A stretch of DNA of 64,000 nt from Calditrichia bacterium (GCA_050633245.1 JBOEGD010000005.1:32001-96000); one strand, 5' to 3'; shown: positions 9,237 to 18,377, numbered from the stretch's first letter. Notes: generated by a model not told the origin, from the sequence alone. Numbers and translations: made by a program.

Positions 9237-10475
9237 ATGAACTCACTTTTGCTCGTTCTTCCCTCTTCAACCTATCGTACAAATGCCTTTATGGAAGCGG
9301 CAGCACGTCTTGACGTGACGGTTCTTGTTGCATCAGACCATCGTCAGGCAATGGCAGCGCTGGTTCCTGATACAACACTTGCGCTAAACTTTCGTAAGCC
9401 GGAACAAATTCGCGAGAAGATTGCGTCCTATTTTGAAAAGAATCCTTTTTTAACTGCCATCGGAGTAGATGATCAATCTGCGCATGTTGCCGCGCAAATT
9501 AATGAGACATTGGGCCTGCCGGGTATCCCAGTTGAAGCGACAGCCGCAGCTCGCAACAAATATCTAATGCGCCAAAAGCTGGCGGCAGCGGATGTGAATG
9601 TTCCAAACTTCGATCTCCATTCTTTGGAAAAACCACAACCAGATAAACCGGTGTACCCCTGCGTGTTAAAACCGACTTTTTTGTCAGCCAGTCGTGGCGT
9701 TACGCGCGCTAATAAACCGGGAGAATTTTCACAAGCCTTTTCAGCGCTAAGGGAATTGATTCGCACGCCGGAAATTTCAGCGCGAGCCCATGATGGCGAA
9801 GCTGCGAGTATTCTGGTGGAAGATTATGTGCCGGGAATGGAGGTGGCGCTGGAAGGAATTCTAACAGACGGCGATTTTAAAAGCCTGGCCATTTTTGATA
9901 AGCCTGACCCGCTGGAAGGCCCGCATTTTGTTGAAACAATCTATGTAACACCATCTCGGCTTCCTGCCTACGTGCAGCGTGAATTGATTCATGAGACACA
10001 TAAGGCAGCGCTTGCACTTGGTATCGACAACGGACCGGTGCACGCCGAGTTGCGAGTAAATGAGCAGGGCGCCTGGATTATTGAAATTGCCGCCAGATCG
10101 ATTGGCGGGCTTTGTTCACGCGTTTTGCGCTTCTCGGAAAAGCTGGTGTTAGAAGATCTGATCTTGCGTCAGGCAATTGGTGTGGATATCTCCGAAGTGC
10201 AGCGAGAGCGGCAGGCAGCAGCGGTGATGATGGTGCCGATTCCTTCTGCCGGACGGTTAAAACGAGTGGGTGGCGTTGACGAGGCGAGTGCCGTTGAAGG
10301 TGTGGAAGACGTGATTATCTCGATCCCCAATGGGCAGGAGGTTTTGCCCATGCCTTTTGGCGGGCGCTATTTAGGATTTATCTTTGCACGCGCGGATATG
10401 CCGGAAGAAGCTGAAGATTCAATACGACGAGCGCATGCCTGCTTGAAGATCGAGATTGACGACGGTACTGCATGA
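9237..10475 (+). CDS. ATP-grasp domain ligase (L-amino acid ligase-like)
   Basis: RNKYLMRQKL, YPCVLKP, SASRGV, LVEDYVPG, HAELR, IEIAARSIGG; ATG at 9237 preferred over 9186. Confidence 0.85.
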   Translation: MNSLLLVLPSSTYRTNAFMEAAARLDVTVLVASDHRQAMAALVPDTTLALNFRKPEQIREKIASYFEKNPFLTAIGVDDQSAHVAAQINETLGLPGIPVEATAAARNKYLMRQKLAAADVNVPNFDLHSLEKPQPDKPVYPCVLKPTFLSASRGVTRANKPGEFSQAFSALRELIRTPEISARAHDGEAASILVEDYVPGMEVALEGILTDGDFKSLAIFDKPDPLEGPHFVETIYVTPSRLPAYVQRELIHETHKAALALGIDNGPVHAELRVNEQGAWIIEIAARSIGGLCSRVLRFSEKLVLEDLILRQAIGVDISEVQRERQAAAVMMVPIPSAGRLKRVGGVDEASAVEGVEDVIISIPNGQEVLPMPFGGRYLGFIFARADMPEEAEDSIRRAHACLKIEIDDGTA

Positions 10476-11608
10476 TGACATCCGGCGATCTGCGTTTGCA
10501 GCTTGGCGTATTCGCACTCTCTTTTGCAGCTTTTGTGAATGTGTATCTCCCGCAACCCGTACTTCCTGTTATGCAGGAAGATTTATACTCCAACACTGTT
10601 TATACATCTCTGATTATCTCTGTACTATTCCTCGGTATTGCCTTTGGTAATATTCCTTTTGGGATGGCTATCGATCGCTTACCGATTCGTCCGATTGTTT
10701 TAGCCGGTGGGTCTGTTGTTGCTGTTACCGGGGCAATTTGCTGGCAATCGTCGGATTTACGAGTGATCATCGCAGCGCGTTTTTTACAGGGATTTTTTCT
10801 TCCGGCCATTACCAGTTGCCTGGCCGCATATCTTTCCCGAACGTTACCGCGTGAGCGTCTTAATCAGGTCCTGGGTGGATATGTTGCCGCGACCGTTGCC
10901 GGCGGCCTTGTTGGCCGCATGATTTCCGGACTTTTGCTACCGGCCGAAGAATGGCGAACGGCCTTCCTGATAGGGGTGACCATAACGATTATTGCACTAG
11001 CTATCTCGTATCACTCTTTTGATAACAAGCCTCTGTCTTCGTTGGAAGTAGCAGTTGTGAGCTTTAGCGAGCTATTGCGTCAAAAGGATGTAAGACTAAT
11101 TTTAATTTCGGCGGGTTTTGGAATGGCGGCGTTTGCTTCTGTGTTTAACTTCCTGCCATATCGTTTACAGTCTCCTCCGTTTACTTTGCCGGTGCGAACA
11201 TCGACGCTGTTCTATTTGCCTTATTTGATTGGCACGGTGGCAGCCTCTTTTGCCGGCTGGATGAGTAACCGGTTTAGCAATGGCATAACCATTCTCGCTG
11301 CAACCGGTTTACTCGTCTGTTCTATGATGTTGATTATGATGCCCAGCCTGACACTTACGGTTGTTGCGTTATTGGGAATGTGTGCAGGTTTCTTTGCATT
11401 GCATTCGGCGATGCTTGCAACCCTGAACAGGAAGTTGAACTCTGGCCATGGCAGGGCAAATGCCCTCTATGTATTATTCTATTATGTTGGCGCGTGGCTG
11501 GGAATAACAGTTGCCGGATTAGTCTACGAATCTGAAGGTTGGAATAGCATGGTTGCTATTTTAACTGCACTGCTGATTGTGCCTCTGTCGTTGGGACTGA
11601 AGAGGTAG
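10472..11608 (+). CDS. MFS transporter (YnfM-like)
   Basis: About 12 TM segments, QPVLP, ARFLQG, ANALYVLFYYVG; overlaps the ATP-grasp stop (coupled). Confidence 0.85.
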   Translation: MMTSGDLRLQLGVFALSFAAFVNVYLPQPVLPVMQEDLYSNTVYTSLIISVLFLGIAFGNIPFGMAIDRLPIRPIVLAGGSVVAVTGAICWQSSDLRVIIAARFLQGFFLPAITSCLAAYLSRTLPRERLNQVLGGYVAATVAGGLVGRMISGLLLPAEEWRTAFLIGVTITIIALAISYHSFDNKPLSSLEVAVVSFSELLRQKDVRLILISAGFGMAAFASVFNFLPYRLQSPPFTLPVRTSTLFYLPYLIGTVAASFAGWMSNRFSNGITILAATGLLVCSMMLIMMPSLTLTVVALLGMCAGFFALHSAMLATLNRKLNSGHGRANALYVLFYYVGAWLGITVAGLVYESEGWNSMVAILTALLIVPLSLGLKR

Positions 11609-11939
11609 ATGTGGCATAAACATTTATTTTACAAAGAAACTATGTCTAACTGTTTTAAAGCTTCTGTTGCGAAATTCTTCTCGGGGGCAAAATAACGTTA
11701 ATTCTATTACTACCATAAAGTCGTTATTGATACTCAAAGGCTGGTCCAGCAAATTCAAACTAAGCGCGGTATTTCAAAACCATCTGGAATATAAAGTCGA
11801 GAGACTGAGTGGCCGTAGCGGCTACATTATTACTCAGGAGAAGTTGTATCGGTTGTTGAGTGATATTGAGAGTGATTGGTTAAAATAAACAAAAACAGCA
11901 GGCTATTTATTTCAATATGGGAAACCTATAAATATTGTT

Positions 11940-12062
11940 TTAGGTAAGCGGCCACACCATAAAGATGTTGCTTGCCCCCAGTGCGATTAAAACCTCCGCT
12001 ATTGAAGCGGACAAAAGACAAATATAGTATTTTAACCTGCTATAAAAATCTGCTCTCTTCAT
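11940..12062 (-). CDS. Possible 40-aa hydrophobic peptide
   Basis: AGGAGG 7 nt upstream of ATG; MKRADFYSRLKYYICLLSASIAEVLIALGASNIFMVWPLT has a basic N-terminus and one hydrophobic stretch. Confidence 0.4.
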   Translation of the reverse strand: MKRADFYSRLKYYICLLSASIAEVLIALGASNIFMVWPLT

Positions 12063-12217
12063 ATTGCTATCCTCCTTCTCGGGCTGTTGACCCGTGTTTA
12101 TTACATTTAGTAGGTGATTTTTTACACATGAAAAAACCACAAAGACGACAGCACCAAAGACAAGCATAAGGGATTCTACACCTTTACAGCTAGCCGCAAG
12201 CCTAAAACAGCACTATT

Positions 12218-12466
12218 TCAATTTTCCTTATCTTTCGGTGGATTTGGATCGTTTCCTGGTTTCACAGTATCCTTACTTCGGATTTTACCATCACGACCTT
12301 TCGTAATACGCTCGCCACCACCTTGACTTTGCAACATTTGGGTCGCAGCCTTTTCAGCTTCTTTCTGAGTATCGTGAACAGAAGAAGCCTTTGTAGCGCC
12401 CAGTTTTTTGTTTGCCCATGTTCCGTCAGGACGACGAAAAATGATGCGATCTCTTTCTTTACTCAT
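12218..12466 (-). CDS. DUF2188 family protein
   Basis: DGTWANKKLGATKASSVHDTQKEA...GRDGKIRSKDT..GNDPNPPKD matches the DUF2188 pattern. Confidence 0.85.
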   Translation of the reverse strand: MSKERDRIIFRRPDGTWANKKLGATKASSVHDTQKEAEKAATQMLQSQGGGERITKGRDGKIRSKDTVKPGNDPNPPKDKEN

Positions 12467-12610
12467 TTTTAATTCCCCTAAAGTCTGTTAAGTGGTTCGA
12501 AATTGATACAGCAAAAAACATTCCAAAACAGTACACACGTATATACGTCATTCGCCAGCGCGCCATAACTGTCTATAACAGCCCTTTTGTATATTTTTGA
12601 CACACAATCG

Positions 12611-13993
12611 TTAAGCAGCTCTGCTTAGTCCGGCCAATCCCAGCAACGGAACAACATCCCCCCGGCCGACGTATCGCAACAGTGCTTCGCACGGCTCATC
12701 GTACGGGTCCAGAAATTCTTCATTCTGTGCGAGATTGAAACGCTGTTGGGCGTAATTCGAGTTTGGCTCATCTCGGAACGGGTGTAAGCGGGCTAAAATT
12801 TCGTTAAGCAATTTAGATGCAAAATATGCATTAGCGCTGACAACCGCCAGCTGCTCTTCCTTCACGCCTATAATATAACCGGCCCGGCGCTGCTCTTCAT
12901 ATCCTGCTGGGTCAGACTGCTTTAGTGATTCCGCTCGAACCCCTTCCATGGATACGGCTCCCCGGCTAAGCACGCTTGAACCGCCCGGCTGCAAGTAGTG
13001 AATTGCTCCCCAAACACTCTCAACACCGCCTTTACCGTCCGGATCGATACGAACACCGACATCGAAATAAGGGATTGAATAGTAAGTTGCCAGGCGATTG
13101 AGCGTGTGGCGACCACTATGGGAATCGACACAACCGACCACGATATCGCATTCCGACAACGCTTCTATCGTCCCCGCCTCACCCAGTAAATGCGGAAAAG
13201 TTTTTACATCGGTGCCGAAACCGATTCGGTCAACAGCGTCGGCAGCGACATCGACTTTTAAGCGATTGTCCTGTGCATCCTGAAGAGTCGAATTGATAAT
13301 TCGGTTCAGGTTTCTTTCTTCAACCCGATCCGGATCGACCAGAACCAATCCTCCAACACCCTGGCGTGCTAGCAGCTCTACAACGAAGCTACCGGTTCCA
13401 GAACAGCCGACTACTCCTATCGTCAACTCGGATAGAAGATCACGGGTGCCGCGCGCAAACAGTTGTCCTGTTGTGGGTTTGAAATTAGACGAGACCCGCC
13501 AAATATTGATATCGTCTCCGGCAACGGATATTGAAGCCAGTGGCGTAAAATTACCCGAGACATCTACAACCCGGCCGATCAGACGACCATCAGGCAACAG
13601 AATAACGCTGGCATGGGGATCATCCGTATCCAGCCAACTATATACCGAACCGAAAAAGCTCCGATCCGCTTTGTCGTCGAGAATTGAAAAATCTTCCCAG
13701 CCTCCCGGGTGGCTATGCAGCTTCAAAATTCCACCACCACAGGCCTCTGCTTCTTCCAGCAAGGGAATAAGTAAATCGGTCGGCCATATCAGCAAGTCGT
13801 TTTCCCTGGCCCGGCAGGTATCGTACGGAACGAGCACCAGTTTTCGAATCATAATGCAGGTCTTATTCTTACCGGTTAACCGGCCACATAACGCTATTGC
13901 TGCCGCCTCTTTGCCGTCTTCCGGAAGCAGGTGCTTCATTAAAGCCTCATGCTGCTTACCGCTCATTCGCAAATGTAAGTTGTTCGTTCTCAT
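12611..13993 (-). CDS. JAB/JAMM peptidase fused to ThiF/E1-like adenylating enzyme (BubCD-like)
   Basis: JAMM motif E...HSHPGGWEDFSILD (HxH-x7-S-x2-D); E1 motifs GCSGTGS, DPDRVEERNLNR, GCVD, DVGV; AGGAG RBS supports ATG at 13993. Confidence 0.9.
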   Translation of the reverse strand: MRTNNLHLRMSGKQHEALMKHLLPEDGKEAAAIALCGRLTGKNKTCIMIRKLVLVPYDTCRARENDLLIWPTDLLIPLLEEAEACGGGILKLHSHPGGWEDFSILDDKADRSFFGSVYSWLDTDDPHASVILLPDGRLIGRVVDVSGNFTPLASISVAGDDINIWRVSSNFKPTTGQLFARGTRDLLSELTIGVVGCSGTGSFVVELLARQGVGGLVLVDPDRVEERNLNRIINSTLQDAQDNRLKVDVAADAVDRIGFGTDVKTFPHLLGEAGTIEALSECDIVVGCVDSHSGRHTLNRLATYYSIPYFDVGVRIDPDGKGGVESVWGAIHYLQPGGSSVLSRGAVSMEGVRAESLKQSDPAGYEEQRRAGYIIGVKEEQLAVVSANAYFASKLLNEILARLHPFRDEPNSNYAQQRFNLAQNEEFLDPYDEPCEALLRYVGRGDVVPLLGLAGLSRAA

Positions 13994-14004
13994 TATTAAG
14001 GCTC

Positions 14005-14691
14005 CTATTTGTTCAATTCCCTTTGAAACCAATCGCTAATCGCCAGCAGGTGCGTTGAAATGTTGTCGATTCCCGGACGCCATGGATTTTGGGGAGTGCG
14101 ATGTCTGGACCAGCGCTGCCAGTTTTTGCCATCAAGGTTATGACCGGCAAGCGCATCAATCGGTTTGCCGTCTTTACGAGCAAGTCCGGGATTAAAATAC
14201 GCCATATCGATCTGGACACCGGGATAACCGGCTTCGATTTTCAAAGCAACATCGACATTGTCGACATTATATCCGGAGCAAACTGGGTAATCACGAATGA
14301 TTACCCAGTTACCGTTATCACGGATGGTCTCCCAGTTTACACCGAGGTTGTCCAGATCAACTATATCTTCTTCGCTCAACTCAAATGTCTTGCGAAGCGT
14401 CTCACCGTCTTTGATTTCCAAAGGAAGGGTGATAAACCGCTCGACTCCCGGTTTGGTAAAATCCACCTTCTCATCGTAACCGACTTCGATCTTCTCACCC
14501 CGAACCCGCTGATACAGACGATAACAATCCGCCGGTTTCTTACCGGCGAGTTCCAGGATTTCGCGACCGGTCATACACTCTACCCGTACGACATACTTCT
14601 CGCGATCGACGCGGATGCGATAACGGCACCCGTGAGGCGGTACTTTTTCTGTTTTTGCATAGCTCTCGATATCGATAATGCGATCTTGCAT
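14005..14691 (-). CDS. Multi-ubiquitin-type Ubl domain fused to prokaryotic E2 family E domain (BubAB-like)
   Basis: YRIRVDRE...MTGREILELAGK...EKVDFTKPGVERFIT beta-grasp ending ...EIKDG; then E2_E-like GYPGVQIDMAYF and WQRWSRH...WRPGIDNISTHL; AAGGAG RBS. Confidence 0.88.
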   Translation of the reverse strand: MQDRIIDIESYAKTEKVPPHGCRYRIRVDREKYVVRVECMTGREILELAGKKPADCYRLYQRVRGEKIEVGYDEKVDFTKPGVERFITLPLEIKDGETLRKTFELSEEDIVDLDNLGVNWETIRDNGNWVIIRDYPVCSGYNVDNVDVALKIEAGYPGVQIDMAYFNPGLARKDGKPIDALAGHNLDGKNWQRWSRHRTPQNPWRPGIDNISTHLLAISDWFQRELNK

Positions 14692-14728
14692 AGCCATCTC
14701 CTTTCGTTTATTTTGGCTTTCGCTTATC

Positions 14729-14800
14729 AATACGATAAATCGTGACATCAAGAAGCATATATGGAATCAATCGGTCAAACCTGTCACGCTTGATCGTATT
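14729..14800. promoter_or_regulatory. Two mirror-image 19-bp boxes TGTCACG(A/C)TT(T/G)ATCGTATT pointing at the two divergent operons
   Basis: Minus strand 14747-14729 TGTCACGATTTATCGTATT versus plus strand 14782-14800 TGTCACGCTTGATCGTATT, 17/19 identical. Confidence 0.7.
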
Positions 14801-14864
14801 AGATATTGAGGGGACTATTAAAACGGGTTTTGACCTTACTTAATTCATAGGATGTTATACTAAA

Positions 14865-15551
14865 ATGAACAAACAATTTTCGCAAGAAAGCGATGATGAT
14901 CTACTTATCTATATGTGTTTACAAAAGGATGCCCGTGTGGTTGCCGAAGAAGCGCTTGTAGAGTTTTATCACCGTCACAAGGATTATGTATTTAATATTT
15001 TAAAAAATAAGCTGGGAAGCTTCGTGAAGTCAGGTATCATTGAAGAAATTCATAATGATATTTTTCTGAAAGTTTTTTTAAAAGCGGATACATATAAACC
15101 AAGCTCCAATTCCAATGTTAGATCATGGCTTGGAAGGATAGCACAAAACTCTGCGTTTGATTGGGGGGCGAAGCATAAGCGAGAATCAAACGAGATAGCA
15201 TTGGAGATTGAAGAATGGAATGGTATTGAATTAGGTAAAAAGAATAATGCTGTTCGAGTCGACCACAGAAAAGGTGCTTTAACAAATGCCTTATTGAAAT
15301 TATCCGACCGCGATAGAGAGATTCTTTTAATATCTATGGATCACTACGATCCAGAAAAGCAGAATATTGATATACCACCTGCTATACTGGAAGAATTGTG
15401 TAAACGTCACAAAACTACTCGCGAGAATATCCGGCAAATTCGCAATAGAGCAAAAAAGAAAGTCGAAAAATACTTGAAGGAACATACTCCCCATTTGCAG
15501 ACAGAATCACCTAACTCAGAACCTGGCCCTCGAGTTGTTTCCAAAGACTGA
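14865..15551 (+). CDS. ECF-like sigma-70 family RNA polymerase sigma factor
   Basis: Region 2 EEIHNDIFLKVF...RSWLGRIAQNSAFD; region 4 ALLKLSDRDREIL...TRENIRQIRNRAKKKV. Confidence 0.8.
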   Translation: MNKQFSQESDDDLLIYMCLQKDARVVAEEALVEFYHRHKDYVFNILKNKLGSFVKSGIIEEIHNDIFLKVFLKADTYKPSSNSNVRSWLGRIAQNSAFDWGAKHKRESNEIALEIEEWNGIELGKKNNAVRVDHRKGALTNALLKLSDRDREILLISMDHYDPEKQNIDIPPAILEELCKRHKTTRENIRQIRNRAKKKVEKYLKEHTPHLQTESPNSEPGPRVVSKD

Positions 15552-15671
15552 ATATTAGAAAAACAGCTTCAATGAAAAGTCTATCTCGTTAGTATAAAAA
15601 ACTGACGAGAATTAGTTATGCACCGTGTATTTCATAACTTCAATTATGATTACCAGGCAGGAGAAGATTCC

Positions 15672-16034
15672 ATGAGATATTCCAAAAAAGGTCCTATAGT
15701 AAAATCACCCATTTCCGAGAAAAAACTTTATGAGTTGTTTCAAAATGAAAATCTGGTTTTTCCAAAAAACAAAGAAGAAGTCGCCAAGGCAGAGAGGCGA
15801 ATGGAGGAGAAAAAGTACACTTTGCCTACAGATTTACAAGAACCGACTAAACTACTTCGGCTATTAAGGAACAACACTAGGCAAGATAAATGTTTGAAAT
15901 CAGAAACAACTCCGAACCCTGAGGTTGAAGAAAATATGGCAAGAGCTGCGAGAGAAGGCGGAAATATTTCGCCTGAGATAGAAGCTATAATGCAAAGAGA
16001 TAGAGCTAAAGCTGAAAGTAAATCAACAAAATGA
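15672..16034 (+). CDS. Small soluble protein, candidate anti-sigma factor / protease substrate
   Basis: GGAG RBS before ATG 15672; sits between sigma and peptidase; stop overlaps the peptidase start (ATGA); C-terminal MARAAREGG. Confidence 0.6.
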   Translation: MRYSKKGPIVKSPISEKKLYELFQNENLVFPKNKEEVAKAERRMEEKKYTLPTDLQEPTKLLRLLRNNTRQDKCLKSETTPNPEVEENMARAAREGGNISPEIEAIMQRDRAKAESKSTK

Positions 16035-16879
16035 AACGAACTATTTCTAAGGCGAAAGAACAAGATATCTGTGATTTAGCGGAGGCTGTAGCCGAAGAAT
16101 ATACTACCGAGAGTTCCGATAAGGCAAACCTTGAGTTAATTGCTGAACAAAACGATATAACATATAGTTATGGACATTACGGCGAATCTTTTGATGGAAT
16201 GCTCGAGCATAAAAGCTCCCGCTTTCATATTTATTGTAACCTTGATAGACTCAAAAAATCGAATTCACCGAGATCGCGATTTACTTTTGCACATGAATTA
16301 GGACATTATTATATAGACGATCACAGAAATGCATTGGAAAGTGGAAAGGTTCCGGCCCACCCATCGATTTGTGAGTATCAATCAAAGAATATAGTAGAGC
16401 AAGAAGCAGACTTATTCGCGTCTAATTTACTTATGCCCGCTTCAAGGTTCAGCTCTTTGGTCGATTCGACACCTATTGGAGCAGAAAGTATATTTAAAGC
16501 GGCAAATCAGTTCAAAGTTTCTCTTTCAAGTGCAGCTGTCAGATATTGCAAAAGTGATATCGTTCCCTGTACTATTATTAAGTGGAGTCAAAGAGGCTAT
16601 GACTGGAAATTAATTTCTCTATCTACTTATAAAGCGACCCTAAGGAAAACAATAGAAAAAATTGGGGACATTCCCAGAGACTCTCCAACGTTTCGGATAT
16701 TAAATGAGGAGAGGCCTAAGGAAGGTTTTTTCGAAGCGGGCACGACAGTCGCACACTGGTTTCCGTATATTGATCATTCCTCGCAAAAAAAATCAATATT
16801 AATCGAGCAAGCTATCTCGCTTGGTTCCTATGGCGCTATTACCATTCTCTTCCCGGAATCCGGTCAGTATTCGAGTTAG
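16031..16879 (+). CDS. ImmA/IrrE family Zn metallo-endopeptidase
   Basis: RSRFTFAHELGHY (HExxH), EQEADLFASNLLMP, HTH-like AANQFKVSLSSAAVRY, C-terminal GAF-like region. Confidence 0.92.
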   Translation: MKRTISKAKEQDICDLAEAVAEEYTTESSDKANLELIAEQNDITYSYGHYGESFDGMLEHKSSRFHIYCNLDRLKKSNSPRSRFTFAHELGHYYIDDHRNALESGKVPAHPSICEYQSKNIVEQEADLFASNLLMPASRFSSLVDSTPIGAESIFKAANQFKVSLSSAAVRYCKSDIVPCTIIKWSQRGYDWKLISLSTYKATLRKTIEKIGDIPRDSPTFRILNEERPKEGFFEAGTTVAHWFPYIDHSSQKKSILIEQAISLGSYGAITILFPESGQYSS

Positions 16880-17122
16880 CCTATACACAAAGCGGTCAAC
16901 TGGATCTGCTGATCGGCGTGTATGTACTGGAGATGGACCGTCAGACTCCACAGCACGATTTGCCATGATGATGTGTATAGGCGGGGGAAATAGAAACATC
17001 AAAAACTTTGCCGCAACAAAAAGTAGATGAGAATAAAGCTAAGAAATAGTATTATATAGGTTTCTTGTATAATTTATTGCTGAAAATGTCATTGTTAGAA
17101 TTGAAACTCTTGAGAGAATTTT

Positions 17123-18121
17123 ATGCCTAAAAAAAAGATGGTTAAAAATATTCAAGAATCTTTTAAGACCAACAAATTCCTAACCCAAGTAGTAACCAGT
17201 ACTATAGCATCTGCGATCGTCTCTGTTGGAACCATGTTTTTTTTCATCCTTCCCAATCAACTTGCAGATATAGAGAAGAAGTTAGACAGCCTAATTTTGG
17301 TACAAAGTGACTCGACAACTGATTTTCAAATAGGTTCAAGAGGCAATCGCAAAGTTGACATAAAAGAGAGCGGTGATCTTAAAGGGGTAAATATCGTACA
17401 GGGTGACAATAACGCGATAGGTTCATCCCCGCAAGAATTAAAAGAGGCTATTGTTAATGATGAATTTAAGGGAATGTTGTATGAAGCAATTCAAGGACAA
17501 CCCATACCGAAAGATTTTAACATCACAAACAAGTACATAACTGTAAAAAAGTTTGAATTTATTCCTGATGCTGACAACGAGACGCCTGAAACTTCGGGAT
17601 ATAATAATTATCTAAAATCAATGCAAGCTCAAGTTAAGACAAAGCAGCAAATAACAGAAGAAGTTCTAGCCGAAGTAGATTCGGGAAACCTTAAGGGATT
17701 TGAATACACACAAAAAGAGATAGATGACAAGATTTCTTATCGCTTAAATCAAAGCAAACAAACATACGACAGACTCAAACTCGCTCAACGAAGTTTGGCG
17801 GGCAATATGATGCGTAATAGTAGTTCAGATATGAATTTGGATGAAGTTCCGGGAAAAATAGATTACGCAATAGAAAACCTTACAAACGAGCCCTATATGA
17901 TCATATACATAACTTATTCATGTTTAAACAAACAAGGGATAAGAATAGGTAAAGGCAGTATATCACTCGAAAACATACCTCCAAAGGCGACTGTCAAAGG
18001 TATTATACCTTTAGAAGATGTAAAACTTTCAAAAGCTGATCTGACAGACAAAGTGCAGATCGATGGAATTTATGACGCGCAGACAATCATGCAATATGCA
18101 AGAAGGTTAAACATTAGATAG
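17123..18121 (+). CDS. Membrane-anchored hypothetical protein with C-terminal FxLYD-like beta-sandwich
   Basis: One N-terminal TM; C-terminal IENLTNEPYMIIYITYSCLNKQGIRIG...LENIPPK; AT-rich. Confidence 0.55.
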   Translation: MPKKKMVKNIQESFKTNKFLTQVVTSTIASAIVSVGTMFFFILPNQLADIEKKLDSLILVQSDSTTDFQIGSRGNRKVDIKESGDLKGVNIVQGDNNAIGSSPQELKEAIVNDEFKGMLYEAIQGQPIPKDFNITNKYITVKKFEFIPDADNETPETSGYNNYLKSMQAQVKTKQQITEEVLAEVDSGNLKGFEYTQKEIDDKISYRLNQSKQTYDRLKLAQRSLAGNMMRNSSSDMNLDEVPGKIDYAIENLTNEPYMIIYITYSCLNKQGIRIGKGSISLENIPPKATVKGIIPLEDVKLSKADLTDKVQIDGIYDAQTIMQYARRLNIR

Positions 18122-18368
18122 CCTGAATCTTAAAACTACTCTTCACCGGCACCGTACTCAGCTTCTCTCCAAAACCCAGCACATGCTCGCCGGTGTAGAG
18201 AACAATCCCACGCACGAAGCGATCGCCCAGCGATTCGGAAAGGTTTCGCAGCCCGCGAAAGTCGCCGCTCTTGACGTCGGAGCTTCCCTTTACCTCAATG
18301 CCGACGACGTTGCTAGCAGTGTCTTCCAGCAGAATATCCACTTCCAAACCGTTCCGGGTGCGGAAATT
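18114..18368 (-). pseudogene. C-terminal remnant of an AAA_14/DUF4143 ATPase-nuclease gene
   Basis: FRTRNGLEVDILLE...GIEVK...RGIVLYTG is the DUF4143 PD-(D/E)xK end; in-frame stops directly upstream and no ATPase half. Confidence 0.8.
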
Positions 18369-18377
18369 TTATCAAAT

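Noticed and set aside
11667-11888. 73-aa ORF at the island's left edge
   Set aside because: TTG start, no RBS and no recognisable motif; may be debris but cannot be supported
12560-12616. attC-like site after JAMM-E1 (GCTTAAC at the stop, then GTTATAG/GTTATGG on the minus strand)
   Set aside because: Too short, no internal L-box palindrome and no integrase in the window
12611-13993. E1/JAB as CBASS Cap2/Cap3 or as thiamine/molybdopterin ThiF/MoeB
   Set aside because: No CD-NTase or cofactor genes nearby, the Zn-binding CxxC pairs are absent, and the partner is a Ubl-E2_E fusion
13293-14745. 248-aa and 218-aa plus-strand ORFs
   Set aside because: Antisense shadows of the motif-rich JAMM-E1 and Ubl-E2 genes
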